A stretch of 64,000 bases of DNA, taken from Coriobacteriia bacterium (GTDB taxonomy: Bacteria > Actinomycetota > Coriobacteriia > Anaerosomatales > PALSA-660). The notes below the pieces were generated by a model, which ran no database searches, was not told the DNA's origin, and worked only from the letters and a program-made list of their open reading frames with translations. How positions within the stretch are numbered: position 1 is the stretch's first letter; each line of letters begins with the position of its first letter. The stretch lies in contig DATCGP010000034.1 of NCBI GenBank assembly GCA_036508875.1, positions 11,037 through 75,036 of the forward strand, in the 5' to 3' direction. The translations under genes and the position numbers were made by a program. Shown here piece after piece: positions 8,431-18,228 of this stretch.

Positions 8431-9732
8431 CTACCGCACCTCTCCGATGAGGTCGTATCCGAGAGATCCCGTGATCTCTGCGTTCACGATAGCGCCAACG
8501 GCGCACGGGGTGTCCAGAAGCACGATCCCGTCGATCTCAGGGGCCTGGCCCCGGTGACGCCCGACCGTGGTCTCCTCTTCGTCGACTCCCTCGACCAGTA
8601 CTTCGAAGGTCGAGCCAACGAGCGCAGCGACGCGCTCGAAGCCGATCTCGTCTGCGGTGTCGCGGAGTCTCTGGGCACGCGCGATGCGGGTACGCTTCGG
8701 CACCTGGTCGGGCATGACCGCTGCCGGCGTCCCTTCTTCGGGCGAGTACGGGAAGACCCCTACGTAGTCGAGCCTGGTCTTGCGCACGAAGTCGAGCAGC
8801 CGCTTTGAGTCCTCGCGCGACTCGCCCGGGAACCCGGCGATCAGCGTCGTGCGCAGGGCCACTCCCGGAAGCAGGTCGCGCACCACGCCGATGAGGCGAG
8901 CATACTCGCTCGCATCCCCACGGCGTCCCATCCGGCGCAGGACGTCCCGTGACGCGTGTTGGAGCGGCATGTCCAAGTAGCGGCACACCACGGGAGAAGC
9001 CGCCATGACCTCGAGGAGCTCGGGGGTGATCTCGTCAGGTTGAACGTACATCAGGCGGAGCCATGCCAGCCCCTTGACGCGCGCAAGGGCCTGCACGAGC
9101 GCTGCGAGCACCGGCTGGCCGTGGAGGTCCCTTCCCCATGACGACGTGTCCTGGCCGATCAGGATGAGTTCGCGTGCGCCTCCCGCGACGAGAGCGCGGG
9201 CCTCCGCCAGGATCTCGTCGGCGGGACGCGACTTGTAGTCGCCGCGGATCGACGGGATGACGCAGAACGTGCACGAGCGGTGGCAGCCGTCCGATATCTG
9301 CAGGTAGGCGGACGGGCCCGGAGCGAGTCGCGCCGCGGGGAGAGTCGTCGTGGGGACCGAGACGTCCAGCACGTCCGCGAGCACCTCGGCGAGGCGGCCT
9401 TCTTCGAGGACCGGGACGAAAGCGTCCACTTCCGGCATCGAGTCGCTCAGATCGGACCCGTACCGTGAAGGCAAGCAGCCGGTCACCACGAGCCGGCGAG
9501 CGGCGTTCGCGGACTTCCATTCGCCGACCACGTCCAGGATGACCGCGATCGACTCCTCCGTGGCCTCGCGGATGAACGCACACGTGTTGAGGACGACCGC
9601 ATTCGCCGCATCGATGTCCGCGACGAGGTCGAACGCGCCGGTGAGCGACGCGGCCATGCGGTCCGAGTCCACCTCGTTCTTGGGACAGCCGAGGGTGACG
9701 AAAGCGACGCGCGGGCGGGGGCGACGGGGCAT
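8431..9732 (-). CDS. rimO: Ribosomal protein S12 methylthiotransferase RimO
   Basis: N-terminal VAFVTLGCPKNEVDS, radical-SAM CxxxCxxC (CHRSCTFC) and a C-terminal TRAM-like region. Confidence 0.85.
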   Translation of the reverse strand: MPRRPRPRVAFVTLGCPKNEVDSDRMAASLTGAFDLVADIDAANAVVLNTCAFIREATEESIAVILDVVGEWKSANAARRLVVTGCLPSRYGSDLSDSMPEVDAFVPVLEEGRLAEVLADVLDVSVPTTTLPAARLAPGPSAYLQISDGCHRSCTFCVIPSIRGDYKSRPADEILAEARALVAGGARELILIGQDTSSWGRDLHGQPVLAALVQALARVKGLAWLRLMYVQPDEITPELLEVMAASPVVCRYLDMPLQHASRDVLRRMGRRGDASEYARLIGVVRDLLPGVALRTTLIAGFPGESREDSKRLLDFVRKTRLDYVGVFPYSPEEGTPAAVMPDQVPKRTRIARAQRLRDTADEIGFERVAALVGSTFEVLVEGVDEEETTVGRHRGQAPEIDGIVLLDTPCAVGAIVNAEITGSLGYDLIGEVR

Positions 9733-9742
9733 GTCGGCGGCG

Positions 9743-10240
9743 CTACCGGCGGTTGGTGAACTGGAGCGGGATACCGTAGTCGACGCCCTTCACGAAGGCG
9801 ATCACCTTCTGGAGCTCGTCGCGGCTCGGTGAGAACACCCGGAGCTTGTCGCCCTCGATCTGCACCTTCGCCTTGAACTTCTCGTCCCGGATGTCCTTGT
9901 TGATGCGCTTCGCCAGCGTGTCCTCGATGCCGTTGACGATGGTCGCCGTCAAGCGCACCCAGCCACCGCTGGCGGCCTCGGCTTCCCCCCACTTGAGGGC
10001 CTTCAGGTCGATCCCGCGCTTGATGACGCTCGTGCCGAGGATGTCGATGACCTGTCGGGCCACGAAGTCCGACGGGGCCTTCACGAGGATCGTGGAATCG
10101 TGCTTGTCGAGCGTGACTTCCGCCTTGGTGGCCTTCAGGTCGAACCGCTGCGCGATCTGACGGTCGGTCTGCTGGACCGCGTTGTCGACCTCCTGCATGT
10201 CGACTTGGCTGACTATGTCGAAGCTCTCTTCCTTGGCCAC
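9743..10240 (-). CDS. yajQ: YajQ family nucleotide-binding protein (UPF0234)
   Basis: 165 aa; SFDIVSQVDMQEVDNAV..RFDLK is typical of YajQ. GTG start. Confidence 0.85.
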   Translation of the reverse strand: MAKEESFDIVSQVDMQEVDNAVQQTDRQIAQRFDLKATKAEVTLDKHDSTILVKAPSDFVARQVIDILGTSVIKRGIDLKALKWGEAEAASGGWVRLTATIVNGIEDTLAKRINKDIRDEKFKAKVQIEGDKLRVFSPSRDELQKVIAFVKGVDYGIPLQFTNRR

Positions 10241-10309
10241 AGTCCGGCCTCTCTCTTCAGGCGCCGGGAGGTCCCGGCTGTGGAACGGGGCGCCGCGGTC
10301 CGTGCAGCG

Positions 10310-11047
10310 TCAGTTGGTCGCAGTGAGGGTCAGGGGCTCTCCCGCGGTGACGGCTACGGTCGCGCCGTCGCGGGTGACGACGACCGCATCCGGATTGCCG
10401 ATCACCAGCACCGCTGTGTCCTTGACCAGGTACTCCTTGCTCGCGCCGTCCTGCATCGACCCGTTGAAGTCGACGTGTCCGTCGATCGTCACCTTCACCG
10501 ATGAAGCGAGTCCGGTGCGGACCGAGATCCGCAAGGTGAACCCGAGGCTCTCGGTCGTCGTGTTCGTCGCATCCACGGAAGCCGTGGCTCCGGCCGATGC
10601 CGGTGTGCTTGTCGAGCTGGGCGGAAGGCCGGTGAGCGCCGGCACGAGCCATCCTGCGATCACGCACAGCAGCAGCATCACCACGACGACACCCACGACC
10701 ACAGCGATCCACACGTTGCGCGGGATCTCGTGCGCGCGGTCCCTGCGCGGGACGACGGTATCGGCGGGGATGGCTGCGAGGTAGCGGTCGATCGGCGAGA
10801 CCCTTCGGACCGTGTCGCGCGACTCCGAGCGGAACTGCTCGAGAAGCGGCTCGGCCGGGATCTCGAGGTAGCGGGCGTAGCTCTGGATGTAGCCCTTGAC
10901 GTACGCCGGACTCGGCAGGTCGTCGTATCGGCCCTGTTCGAGCGCGTCGATCAGCCGGGAACGGATCTTCGTTCCTTCGACGACGTCCGAGAGCTGTTTG
11001 CCCTGGCGACGTCTCTCAGCTGAAAGGATCTCTCCGACGGTGGGCAT
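10310..11047 (-). CDS. RodZ-like HTH membrane protein
   Basis: N-terminal XRE-type HTH (VGEILSAERRRQGKQLSDVVEGTKIRSRLIDALE), one TM helix and a C-terminal beta-rich domain (DUF4115-like). Confidence 0.7.
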   Translation of the reverse strand: MPTVGEILSAERRRQGKQLSDVVEGTKIRSRLIDALEQGRYDDLPSPAYVKGYIQSYARYLEIPAEPLLEQFRSESRDTVRRVSPIDRYLAAIPADTVVPRRDRAHEIPRNVWIAVVVGVVVVMLLLCVIAGWLVPALTGLPPSSTSTPASAGATASVDATNTTTESLGFTLRISVRTGLASSVKVTIDGHVDFNGSMQDGASKEYLVKDTAVLVIGNPDAVVVTRDGATVAVTAGEPLTLTATN

Positions 11048-11162
11048 AGACTCGCGTCCCGATAGTGGCGGCGGGCGCAGCGGCCCGGTCTCGTCAGCGA
11101 TTGTAGCGCAGGCCCGTGCGTCCGGACGTCACGAAGGGGCAACGCCGCAGGTTGCGCGGCAG

Positions 11163-13430
11163 CTAGTAGCCTTCGTCACGATCGTCGCTGCGCTCGAACG
11201 CCTTGATGGACTCGAGCTCTTCGACGTCGGCGAGCACCTCACGTGGCTTGCTGCCGTCCGGAGGCCCGACTATCCCCTTCCGCTCCAGGATGTCCATGAT
11301 CCGACCGGCGCGCGCGTAGCCGACCTTCAGGCGCCGCTGGAGCAGCGAGGTGGATCCCATGCGCGAGGTCACGACGATGTCCGCGGCGTCCCAGGTCAGC
11401 GGGTCGTCGTCTCCCCCGTCATCCATGCCACCGCCGGTCATCGTCTTCGTGTGCAGGATCTCCTCGTGGTACTCCGGCTCCCCCTGCTTCTTGAGGAAGT
11501 CCACCACGCTGTTGATCTCGTCCTCGGCGACGTAGGCGCCCTGGACCCGCTTCGGCTTGGCCAGCTGAGGTGTGGACAGCAGCATGTCGCCGAGGCCGAC
11601 CAGCTTCTCGGCACCCGACGTGTCGAGGATGACGCGCGAGTCGATGCCGGACGAGACGGCGAAGGCGATCCTGGTCGTGATGTTCGTCTTGATGAGGCCC
11701 GTGATGATGTCGGTCGAGGGACGCTGCGTCGCGACGACCAGATGGATGCCTGCGGCGCGGGCAAGCTGCGCGAGCCGGACGATCGAGTCCTCGACCTCGC
11801 GCGCGGCGACCATCATGAGGTCCGCGAGCTCGTCGATGACGATCATCAGGTACGGCATCGGCTCCAGGCCATCGGGCAGGGTGCCGGCGCGTGCCGCCTC
11901 GTTGTAGGCCGCGATGTTGCGCACTCCCGCCTTCTGGAGCCGGCGCAGGCGGACCTCCATCTCGGAGACGGCCCATGCCAGCGCGCTCGCGGCTTCCTTG
12001 GCCTCTGTGACGACCGGGACGTACAGGTGAGGGATCCCGTTGTACATGGACAGCTCGATGCGCTTCGGGTCGATGAGGATGATGCGAACCTCGTCGGGGG
12101 TCGAGCGCATGATCACGGACATCAGCAGCGAGTTGATGCACACGGACTTGCCGGTGCCGGTGGATCCGGCGATGAGCATGTGCGGCATCTTGGCCAGGTC
12201 GAGCACGATGCTGTCTCCCCCGACGTCCTTGCCGATGCCCAGCATGAGTGGGCTGGTGTCGGGGACGCTTCCCGAAGCGATCACGTCGCCCAGGGTGACT
12301 ATCGTACGGTGCTCGTTCGGCGCTTCTATGCCGATGAGCGACTTGCCCGGGATCGGAGCGAGCACGCGCACCGTGGGGGTCGCCAGCGCCAATGCGAGGT
12401 CGTCGGAGAGCGCCGTGACGCGGTTCACCTTGATGCCCTTGGCGATCTTGACCTCGAACAGGGTGACAGTCGGGCCCGCGATCCAGTCCTCAACCCTTGA
12501 GGCGATGTCGAACGTCGCCAGCGTGGACTCGATGACGGCGGCGGTGTTCTTGAGCTCCTTGTCCGACGCGCGCGATGCCGCGGCGTTGACCGGGCTGATG
12601 CGCAGCATGGAGAGCGCCGGCAACTCGAAGGTGGTGTCGCGACGCGGTACCTGCGCCCGCACGACCGGCGCGGTCTTGCGCTGAGCCTCCGGGTCGCGTC
12701 GCGGCCGTGCCGGGGGCTCGATCGCCATCTCGTCGTCGAGGTCCTGCATCGGCAGTGTCTTGGCGCCCGGGCCGAGCTGTCTGCGCGCCGCAGGGCGTGC
12801 GGGCTCCGCGTCCCGGCGGCTGAGCAGGTCCATCGACCTGTCCCACACGTCGGCGAGGCTCACACCTGTGGCCAGGACGACTCCGACGAGGAAAGCGCCG
12901 ACGAGGATGACGTACGAGATCGCGCTCGACAGCAGGACCGTCAGGCCCCAGGCGATGCCTCCGCCGATGTAGCCGCCACCCGAAGGCGACAGGAAGTAGC
13001 TGGTCCACGTGACCGACTTCGCCGCGCCCTCGGACGGGAAGGCCACCGCGGCCGAGAACATCGAGATGACCGACAGGAACACGATCGCGAGACCGGCCCC
13101 GATCGCCACCTCGCTCACGGGCCGGCGGTCGAACACGAGCGAGACCGCCCATACGAGCAGCAAGAGCGGTATCGCAGTGGCGCCGACGCCCACGGCGCGG
13201 AGGAGGACGAGCCGGATCATCTCAGGAACAGGCGCTGTGATGTCGAACCACACCGCGATCGCCACGGCGATGGCGAGTACGACCAGAGCGATGCCGGCGA
13301 TGTCGTGGGAGACGCCGGGGGCGTCGTTCGCCGGGTGCCTCCCCTGGCGGGAGCCCGGCTTGGAACCCGTCGACGCGGTGCGCCCCTTCGAGGCGCGCCC
13401 GGAAGTCACCTTGTTCGCCACGGCCCCCAT
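11163..13430 (-). CDS. ftsK: DNA translocase FtsK/SpoIIIE
   Basis: N-terminal TM helices, Pro/Arg-rich linker, motor domain with Walker A GSTGTGKS, and a C-terminal gamma (winged-helix) domain. The start could instead be GTG 13419-13421, which has better SD spacing. Confidence 0.95.
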   Translation of the reverse strand: MGAVANKVTSGRASKGRTASTGSKPGSRQGRHPANDAPGVSHDIAGIALVVLAIAVAIAVWFDITAPVPEMIRLVLLRAVGVGATAIPLLLLVWAVSLVFDRRPVSEVAIGAGLAIVFLSVISMFSAAVAFPSEGAAKSVTWTSYFLSPSGGGYIGGGIAWGLTVLLSSAISYVILVGAFLVGVVLATGVSLADVWDRSMDLLSRRDAEPARPAARRQLGPGAKTLPMQDLDDEMAIEPPARPRRDPEAQRKTAPVVRAQVPRRDTTFELPALSMLRISPVNAAASRASDKELKNTAAVIESTLATFDIASRVEDWIAGPTVTLFEVKIAKGIKVNRVTALSDDLALALATPTVRVLAPIPGKSLIGIEAPNEHRTIVTLGDVIASGSVPDTSPLMLGIGKDVGGDSIVLDLAKMPHMLIAGSTGTGKSVCINSLLMSVIMRSTPDEVRIILIDPKRIELSMYNGIPHLYVPVVTEAKEAASALAWAVSEMEVRLRRLQKAGVRNIAAYNEAARAGTLPDGLEPMPYLMIVIDELADLMMVAAREVEDSIVRLAQLARAAGIHLVVATQRPSTDIITGLIKTNITTRIAFAVSSGIDSRVILDTSGAEKLVGLGDMLLSTPQLAKPKRVQGAYVAEDEINSVVDFLKKQGEPEYHEEILHTKTMTGGGMDDGGDDDPLTWDAADIVVTSRMGSTSLLQRRLKVGYARAGRIMDILERKGIVGPPDGSKPREVLADVEELESIKAFERSDDRDEGY

Positions 13431-13551
13431 CCTCCGTCGTGAGCTGAGATTCGCGATCTTGCGGGTCCCGCCGCACCGACGTGGGCGCGGCGGCTACCCC
13501 TCAGGCAGTATAGCCCGACGCCGCTGTCTCCCGCGCGGCCTGCCGGAGCCG

Positions 13552-14379
13552 TCAGCCCCTGATGAAGAAGAGCGCGATGACCCCGATGCCCAGGGCGATC
13601 CGGTACCACATGAACACCGAGAATGAGTGCTTCCTCACGTAGCCGAGCATCCAGCGCATGAGCAGTGCGGAAGACACGAAGGCCGCGAGGAAGCCGATCA
13701 CGAACTCTCCGGAGAGCAGCAGGTGCAGCGGAACCTTCCGCAGGCCCCAGACCGCCGCCCCGGCGATGATCGGAAGCGCAGCCATGAAGGAGTACTTCGC
13801 CACGGCCTCGCGCGACAGCCCCGTGGCGCGTCCAGCGGTCATCGTGGCGCCCGAACGCGAGACGCCGGGAATCAAGGCCACGGCCTGCGAGAGCCCGATG
13901 AGCAGGGCACGCAACCAGTTCATCTTCTCGAGCGGCTGCTTTCGTTCGGTGTGGCGGTCGACCGCCCAGAGCAGCACGCCGAAGGCGATAAGCGTGACAC
14001 CCATCATCAGGGGTGCCCACGTGTTGACCCCGGGGTCGGCGAACGCCTCGATCTGGCTGTCGAACAGCACCCCCATGATCGCGCCGGGGACGGATGTCAG
14101 CAGCAGGAATCCCACGAAGAGCAACGCCGGACGCTCGCGGCGCACCGCTCCTTGGACGAGCGAGCGCCAGTCGACCCACAGCGCGATGAGGATCGCGACG
14201 GCGCTGCCCGCGTGAAGGGCGATGTCGAAGGCCGCGGCCATGTCCGTGTTGGCCAGGAACGGCAGGTTCTGCACTCCGAACGCCCAGGGCACGAGCTTGA
14301 GGTGTGCGGTGGATGAGATCGGGAGGAACTCCGCCACGCCCTGCACCAGGCCGAGGATCGCTGCCCAGAGAAAGCTCAC
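13552..14379 (-). CDS. uppP: Undecaprenyl-diphosphate phosphatase
   Basis: BacA/UppP signature EFLPISSTAHL near the N-terminus; polytopic membrane protein. Confidence 0.9.
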   Translation of the reverse strand: MSFLWAAILGLVQGVAEFLPISSTAHLKLVPWAFGVQNLPFLANTDMAAAFDIALHAGSAVAILIALWVDWRSLVQGAVRRERPALLFVGFLLLTSVPGAIMGVLFDSQIEAFADPGVNTWAPLMMGVTLIAFGVLLWAVDRHTERKQPLEKMNWLRALLIGLSQAVALIPGVSRSGATMTAGRATGLSREAVAKYSFMAALPIIAGAAVWGLRKVPLHLLLSGEFVIGFLAAFVSSALLMRWMLGYVRKHSFSVFMWYRIALGIGVIALFFIRG

Positions 14380-14380
14380 C

Positions 14381-16051
14381 CTAGACCTCCATGATGACGG
14401 GGATGATCATCGGCCGCCTGCGGAGCGTCTCCCAGACGAACTGCGACAGTGCGTCGCGGATCGCGCGCTGGATGATGCCGCGGTCGGTGGCGCCTTCCTT
14501 CTGCATGCGGGCGAGCGCCTTCGTGACCCTGGCGCGCGCCTGGTCGAGTATCTCGGCGGAATCGGCGATCGGAAGGCCGCGGATGATCAGCTCCGGCTCT
14601 CCCACGACCTGTCGGGTCCGCGCGTCGATCGCCACGACGATCGTCGCGATGCCGTCCGAGGACAGTTTCTGGCGATCGCGGATCACGATGTCGCCGACGT
14701 CACCGACACGCAGGCCGTCGACGTAGACGACCCCGGCCTCGGGGATGCGCTCCGAGATCCGGGCGCCCTTCTCGGAGATCTCGAGGCAGTCGCCGTTGTC
14801 CATCACGAAGATGTCCTTCTCGGCGATGCCCACCGACCGCGCTATGTTCCGATGTGCATACAGGTGACGGGTCTCCCCGTGGATCGGCATGAAGAACTGC
14901 GGCTGCGTCAGAGCAAGCATGAGCTTGAGCTCCTCAGCGGCGGCGTGACCGGAGACGTGCACGTCCGCGACGCTCTTGTCGAAGACCTCCGCGCCGGCCT
15001 TGTAGAGGCGGTTGACGACCCGTGAGACCGCCTTCTCGTTGCCGGGGACAGGCGAGGCCGAGATGACGACGGTATCGCCGGGCTGGATCGTGACCGCACG
15101 ATGGTCGCCGTTCGCCATCCGTGCGAGCGCGGACAGGGGCTCACCCTGGCTGCCGGTGGAGAGGATGACGATCTTCTCGGGCGGGATGTCGGCGGCCTCG
15201 TAGGCGTCGACGATGTTCTCCGGATCGATGTGCAGGTATCCGAGCTCGCGTGCGATGCCCGTGTTCTTGATCATGCTGCGGCCCGTGACGACCACCTTGC
15301 GCCCGCACGCCACAGCGGCGTCGCAGACCTGCTGGAGGCGGTGTATGTGGCTGGAGAAGGACGCGACGATGACACGTTGCGGGGCGTTCTCGATGATCTC
15401 GTGCAGCGCCCTGCCGACCTCGCGTTCCGGTCGAGTGAAGCCCCTGTTCGCGGCTCCGGTCGAGTCGCTCATGAGAAGGACGATGCCGTCCTTGCCCGCT
15501 TTGGTCAGCGCGGCGTAGTCGGTGAGCTTCCCGTCGATGGGCGTCTGATCGAACTTGAAGTCGCCGGTGTGCAGGACAGTGCCGACCGGCGTGCGGATCA
15601 GCAGCGCTACCGAGTCCGGGATCGAGTGATTCGTCTGGACGAAGTCGAACCCGAAGATCCCGAGCGTGACGTGCATGCCCGGCTTGATCACGCGCAGCTT
15701 CGGCTTGACGATGTTGTGCTCGGCGAGCTTGCCTTCGATGAGGCCGCAGGTCAGCCGGGTACCGAGCACCGGCACGGCGACCCCCAGGTCCTTGAGCAGG
15801 TACGGCAGCGCACCAGTGTGGTCCTCGTGACCGTGGGTGATGACTATGCCGCGCAGCTTGTTCGCGCGCTTCAATACGTAGGAGTAGTCGGGCAGGACGA
15901 GGTCGACCCCAGGGAGCTCAACGTCGGGGAACATGAGGCCGGCGTCGACGATGACCATGTCATCGCCGTACTCGAATACCGTCATGTTCTTGCCGATGCC
16001 GTCGAGCCCGCCGAGCGGGATCACCCGCAGGACGTGCTTGCGCGCTGTCAT
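14381..16051 (-). CDS. rnj: Ribonuclease J
   Basis: ORF trimmed to ATG 16049-16051. Metallo-beta-lactamase/beta-CASP features HGHEDHTG, with LRVIPLGGLDGIGKNM at the N-terminus. Confidence 0.92.
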   Translation of the reverse strand: MTARKHVLRVIPLGGLDGIGKNMTVFEYGDDMVIVDAGLMFPDVELPGVDLVLPDYSYVLKRANKLRGIVITHGHEDHTGALPYLLKDLGVAVPVLGTRLTCGLIEGKLAEHNIVKPKLRVIKPGMHVTLGIFGFDFVQTNHSIPDSVALLIRTPVGTVLHTGDFKFDQTPIDGKLTDYAALTKAGKDGIVLLMSDSTGAANRGFTRPEREVGRALHEIIENAPQRVIVASFSSHIHRLQQVCDAAVACGRKVVVTGRSMIKNTGIARELGYLHIDPENIVDAYEAADIPPEKIVILSTGSQGEPLSALARMANGDHRAVTIQPGDTVVISASPVPGNEKAVSRVVNRLYKAGAEVFDKSVADVHVSGHAAAEELKLMLALTQPQFFMPIHGETRHLYAHRNIARSVGIAEKDIFVMDNGDCLEISEKGARISERIPEAGVVYVDGLRVGDVGDIVIRDRQKLSSDGIATIVVAIDARTRQVVGEPELIIRGLPIADSAEILDQARARVTKALARMQKEGATDRGIIQRAIRDALSQFVWETLRRRPMIIPVIMEV

Positions 16052-16156
16052 ATGTGTGCTTCTCTCGTGCGACCTTCGCGAGAAGGCCACTTCGTGTCGA
16101 TGCCGCGTGCCCCCGGGTCTCCCCGAAGGGGTACGCGACTACTGTGGGTCAGTGTT

Positions 16157-17047
16157 CTATGCGAGGCCGATGTGGGACAGGACGCGCCCCAGTTCGGCCG
16201 ACTGCTCCGGTGTGGGTGGTACGAGCGGCAGCCGGCAGGTCCCCACGGGGAAGCCGGTCTGCGCGAGCGCGTCCTTGACCATGATCGGGTTGGCGGTCAT
16301 GAACAGCGTCTTGAAGAGCGGAAGAAGCCTGAGATGTGTGGCCAGAGCGGCTGTGTGCTCCCCCGCTGCCTGCGAGTAGACCATCTGCCGCATCTGCGGC
16401 CCTGCGACATGGCTCGCGACCGATATGACTCCGGTCGCGCCGACGCCCATCATCGGCAGGGTGTCCTCGTCATTTCCCGACAGTACCTCGAAGCCCTCGG
16501 GCGCGCCCTCGACGATCCGGGCGATCTGGCCCAGGTCACCCGAGGCCTCCTTCACGGCGACGATGTTCGGGCAGTCATGGGCCAGACGCAGCGTGGTCTC
16601 CGCGGTCATGTTGACCACGCATCGGCCCGGGATGTTGTAGAGGATGACCGGGACGTCCACCGACTCCGCGATCGCGCGGAAGTGCCGATACAGGCCTTCC
16701 TGCGGAGGCTTGTTGTAATACGGGACGACCGCCATGATCGCGTCGACGCCCAGCCCCGTGACGCGCTGCGCGAACTCGACCGAGTCGGCCGTGCAGTTGT
16801 CGCCGGCGTTCGCGATGACGGGAGCCTTGCCGCCGACCGCGTCGATCACCGCACGGAACAGCTCGAGCTTCTGGTCGTAGAAGACCGTCGGAGATTCGCC
16901 GGTGGTGCCACATACGACCAAGGCTTGGCTCCCCTGTTCAAGCAAGCGGTGCGCCAGCAGCCCCGCCCGAGGCAGGTCGAGTTCCAGATCCTGGGTGAAC
17001 GGCGTCACCATCGCCGTGATGAGGCGGCCGAAGCGGGGCGAGGCCAT
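16157..17047 (-). CDS. dapA: 4-hydroxy-tetrahydrodipicolinate synthase
   Basis: ORF 16157..17359 trimmed to ATG 17045-17047 (MASPRFGRLITAMVTPF..CGTTGES..). Preceded by AAGGAG. Confidence 0.92.
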   Translation of the reverse strand: MASPRFGRLITAMVTPFTQDLELDLPRAGLLAHRLLEQGSQALVVCGTTGESPTVFYDQKLELFRAVIDAVGGKAPVIANAGDNCTADSVEFAQRVTGLGVDAIMAVVPYYNKPPQEGLYRHFRAIAESVDVPVILYNIPGRCVVNMTAETTLRLAHDCPNIVAVKEASGDLGQIARIVEGAPEGFEVLSGNDEDTLPMMGVGATGVISVASHVAGPQMRQMVYSQAAGEHTAALATHLRLLPLFKTLFMTANPIMVKDALAQTGFPVGTCRLPLVPPTPEQSAELGRVLSHIGLA

Positions 17048-17144
17048 GATCTTCAACTCCTTGGCGTGACAGGCGGGCCGGCGGGGTCCCTTCGAGCGGC
17101 CTTGCGGCCCTCGCGGCCGGATGCCCGGCGCAGCGTTGTGCTTC

Positions 17145-17156
17145 ATTGTGCCACAG
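17145..17156 (-). promoter_or_regulatory. Candidate extended -10 element upstream of dapA
   Basis: Minus strand reads CTGTGGCACAAT. The CTGTGG-TAnnAT-like pattern recurs upstream of rimP and smc. Confidence 0.3.
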
Positions 17157-17232
17157 GGAAGCAGGAACCGCCGATGTGCGAGGCGCAGCGTCACACGACT
17201 GTCATGCGTGCGATCCCGGCTTTGAGTCGCTC

Positions 17233-18183
17233 TCAGCGACCGATGACGAGCGGGCGGGCCTGCAGCATCCAGGCGACTCCATCGGCAAGTGCGAACTCGA
17301 CGACCGCCGGGCCGTCCACGAGTGGTTCTGCCCTCAGGGCGAGAGTGGCGGTGGCGCATGTCTCGGCCTCGGTCATGCTCGGTGAGTGCACGAGCTCCGG
17401 GACCACCATGCGCTGCACCACGGCGCCCTCATCGTCGATCGTGAGGCGGACGTGCTTCGGGTGCAGCTCCGAGGAGGTCAACCGCAACCGGTCGCGCGAG
17501 AGCGTGAACCGGTCGGGCGGCACGGTGCCCGCGACGATCGCCTCGCCGAGTCCGAAGCAGCTGTCGATGACGATCCTCGACGGGTCGCCGGTCTGGGGGT
17601 CGGCGGTGAAGACGACGCCCGAAGCGGAGGCCGGCACGAGGTGCTGCACGACAACAGCGACGTTGACCTCCGTCTCCGAGAGCTGGGTATGCAACCGATG
17701 GGCCCAGACCGCGTTGCCCCAGAGAGAGGCCCAGCAGTGCTTGACCGATCTGAGCATCGCGTCCGGACCAGCCGCGAAGTAGGTACCATGTCGGCCCACC
17801 AGCGGCCCCGACGGCATGTCGGCCTCGGTGACGGAGGATCGGACCGAGACGCTGGAGCTGCCGAGCGCAGCGAAGCTCGCCAGGACCTCCTTCTCCATCT
17901 CGGGGTCGAGAGGCGTGTGCGTGATCGCGGCGCGGATCCTCTGCAGGATCGGGCTCAGCGCGAGGTCGGGAGCATCGGACGGGACCTGCCGGAGTATCGC
18001 TCTGAGCGAGTCGACGCCGGAACGGGCCGCGTGCTCCCTGTAGACGCTTGCGACGATACAGAAGCCGGCGGGCACCGGCAGGCCGGCGCGATCGAGCAGT
18101 GAGAGCGACCGGGCCTTCGTGCCTACAACCATCGGGTCCTGCGCGTCATGGATGGGGATGACCATCCCGGTGCGTTCGCTCAT
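17233..18183 (-). CDS. PEP/pyruvate-binding (PPDK_N, ATP-grasp) domain protein, stand-alone
   Basis: 316 aa. The sequence GTKARSLSLLDRAGLPVPAGF..VSVRSS..HCWASLW..VAVVVQ..SGVVFTADP..GLGEAIVAG matches the N-terminal nucleotide-binding domain of PEP synthase / PPDK / rifampicin phosphotransferase. No swivel-His or C-terminal domain follows. Confidence 0.7.
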   Translation of the reverse strand: MSERTGMVIPIHDAQDPMVVGTKARSLSLLDRAGLPVPAGFCIVASVYREHAARSGVDSLRAILRQVPSDAPDLALSPILQRIRAAITHTPLDPEMEKEVLASFAALGSSSVSVRSSVTEADMPSGPLVGRHGTYFAAGPDAMLRSVKHCWASLWGNAVWAHRLHTQLSETEVNVAVVVQHLVPASASGVVFTADPQTGDPSRIVIDSCFGLGEAIVAGTVPPDRFTLSRDRLRLTSSELHPKHVRLTIDDEGAVVQRMVVPELVHSPSMTEAETCATATLALRAEPLVDGPAVVEFALADGVAWMLQARPLVIGR

Positions 18184-18228
18184 GCCCCGCGACCCCTCTC
18201 GCCTGTCGGCTTCTGCGTGGTGCGATTC

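Noticed and set aside
17048-17232. Possible lysine riboswitch (L-box) in the 185-nt spacer upstream of dapA
   Set aside because: The location would fit. However, I could not find the conserved L-box core elements or the five-helix arrangement by eye. An Rfam covariance search would be decisive. I report it only as an unexplained spacer.
15101-17782. 893-aa plus-strand ORF antisense to rnj, dapA and the PPDK_N gene. The same applies to 30836..32728, 44719..46530, 10896..12500, 4816..6021, 21556..22839 and other long plus-strand ORFs.
   Set aside because: All mirror strongly supported minus-strand genes, cross gene boundaries, and have low-complexity Arg/Asp/Leu/Val/His composition. I found no plus-strand ORF with independent support.
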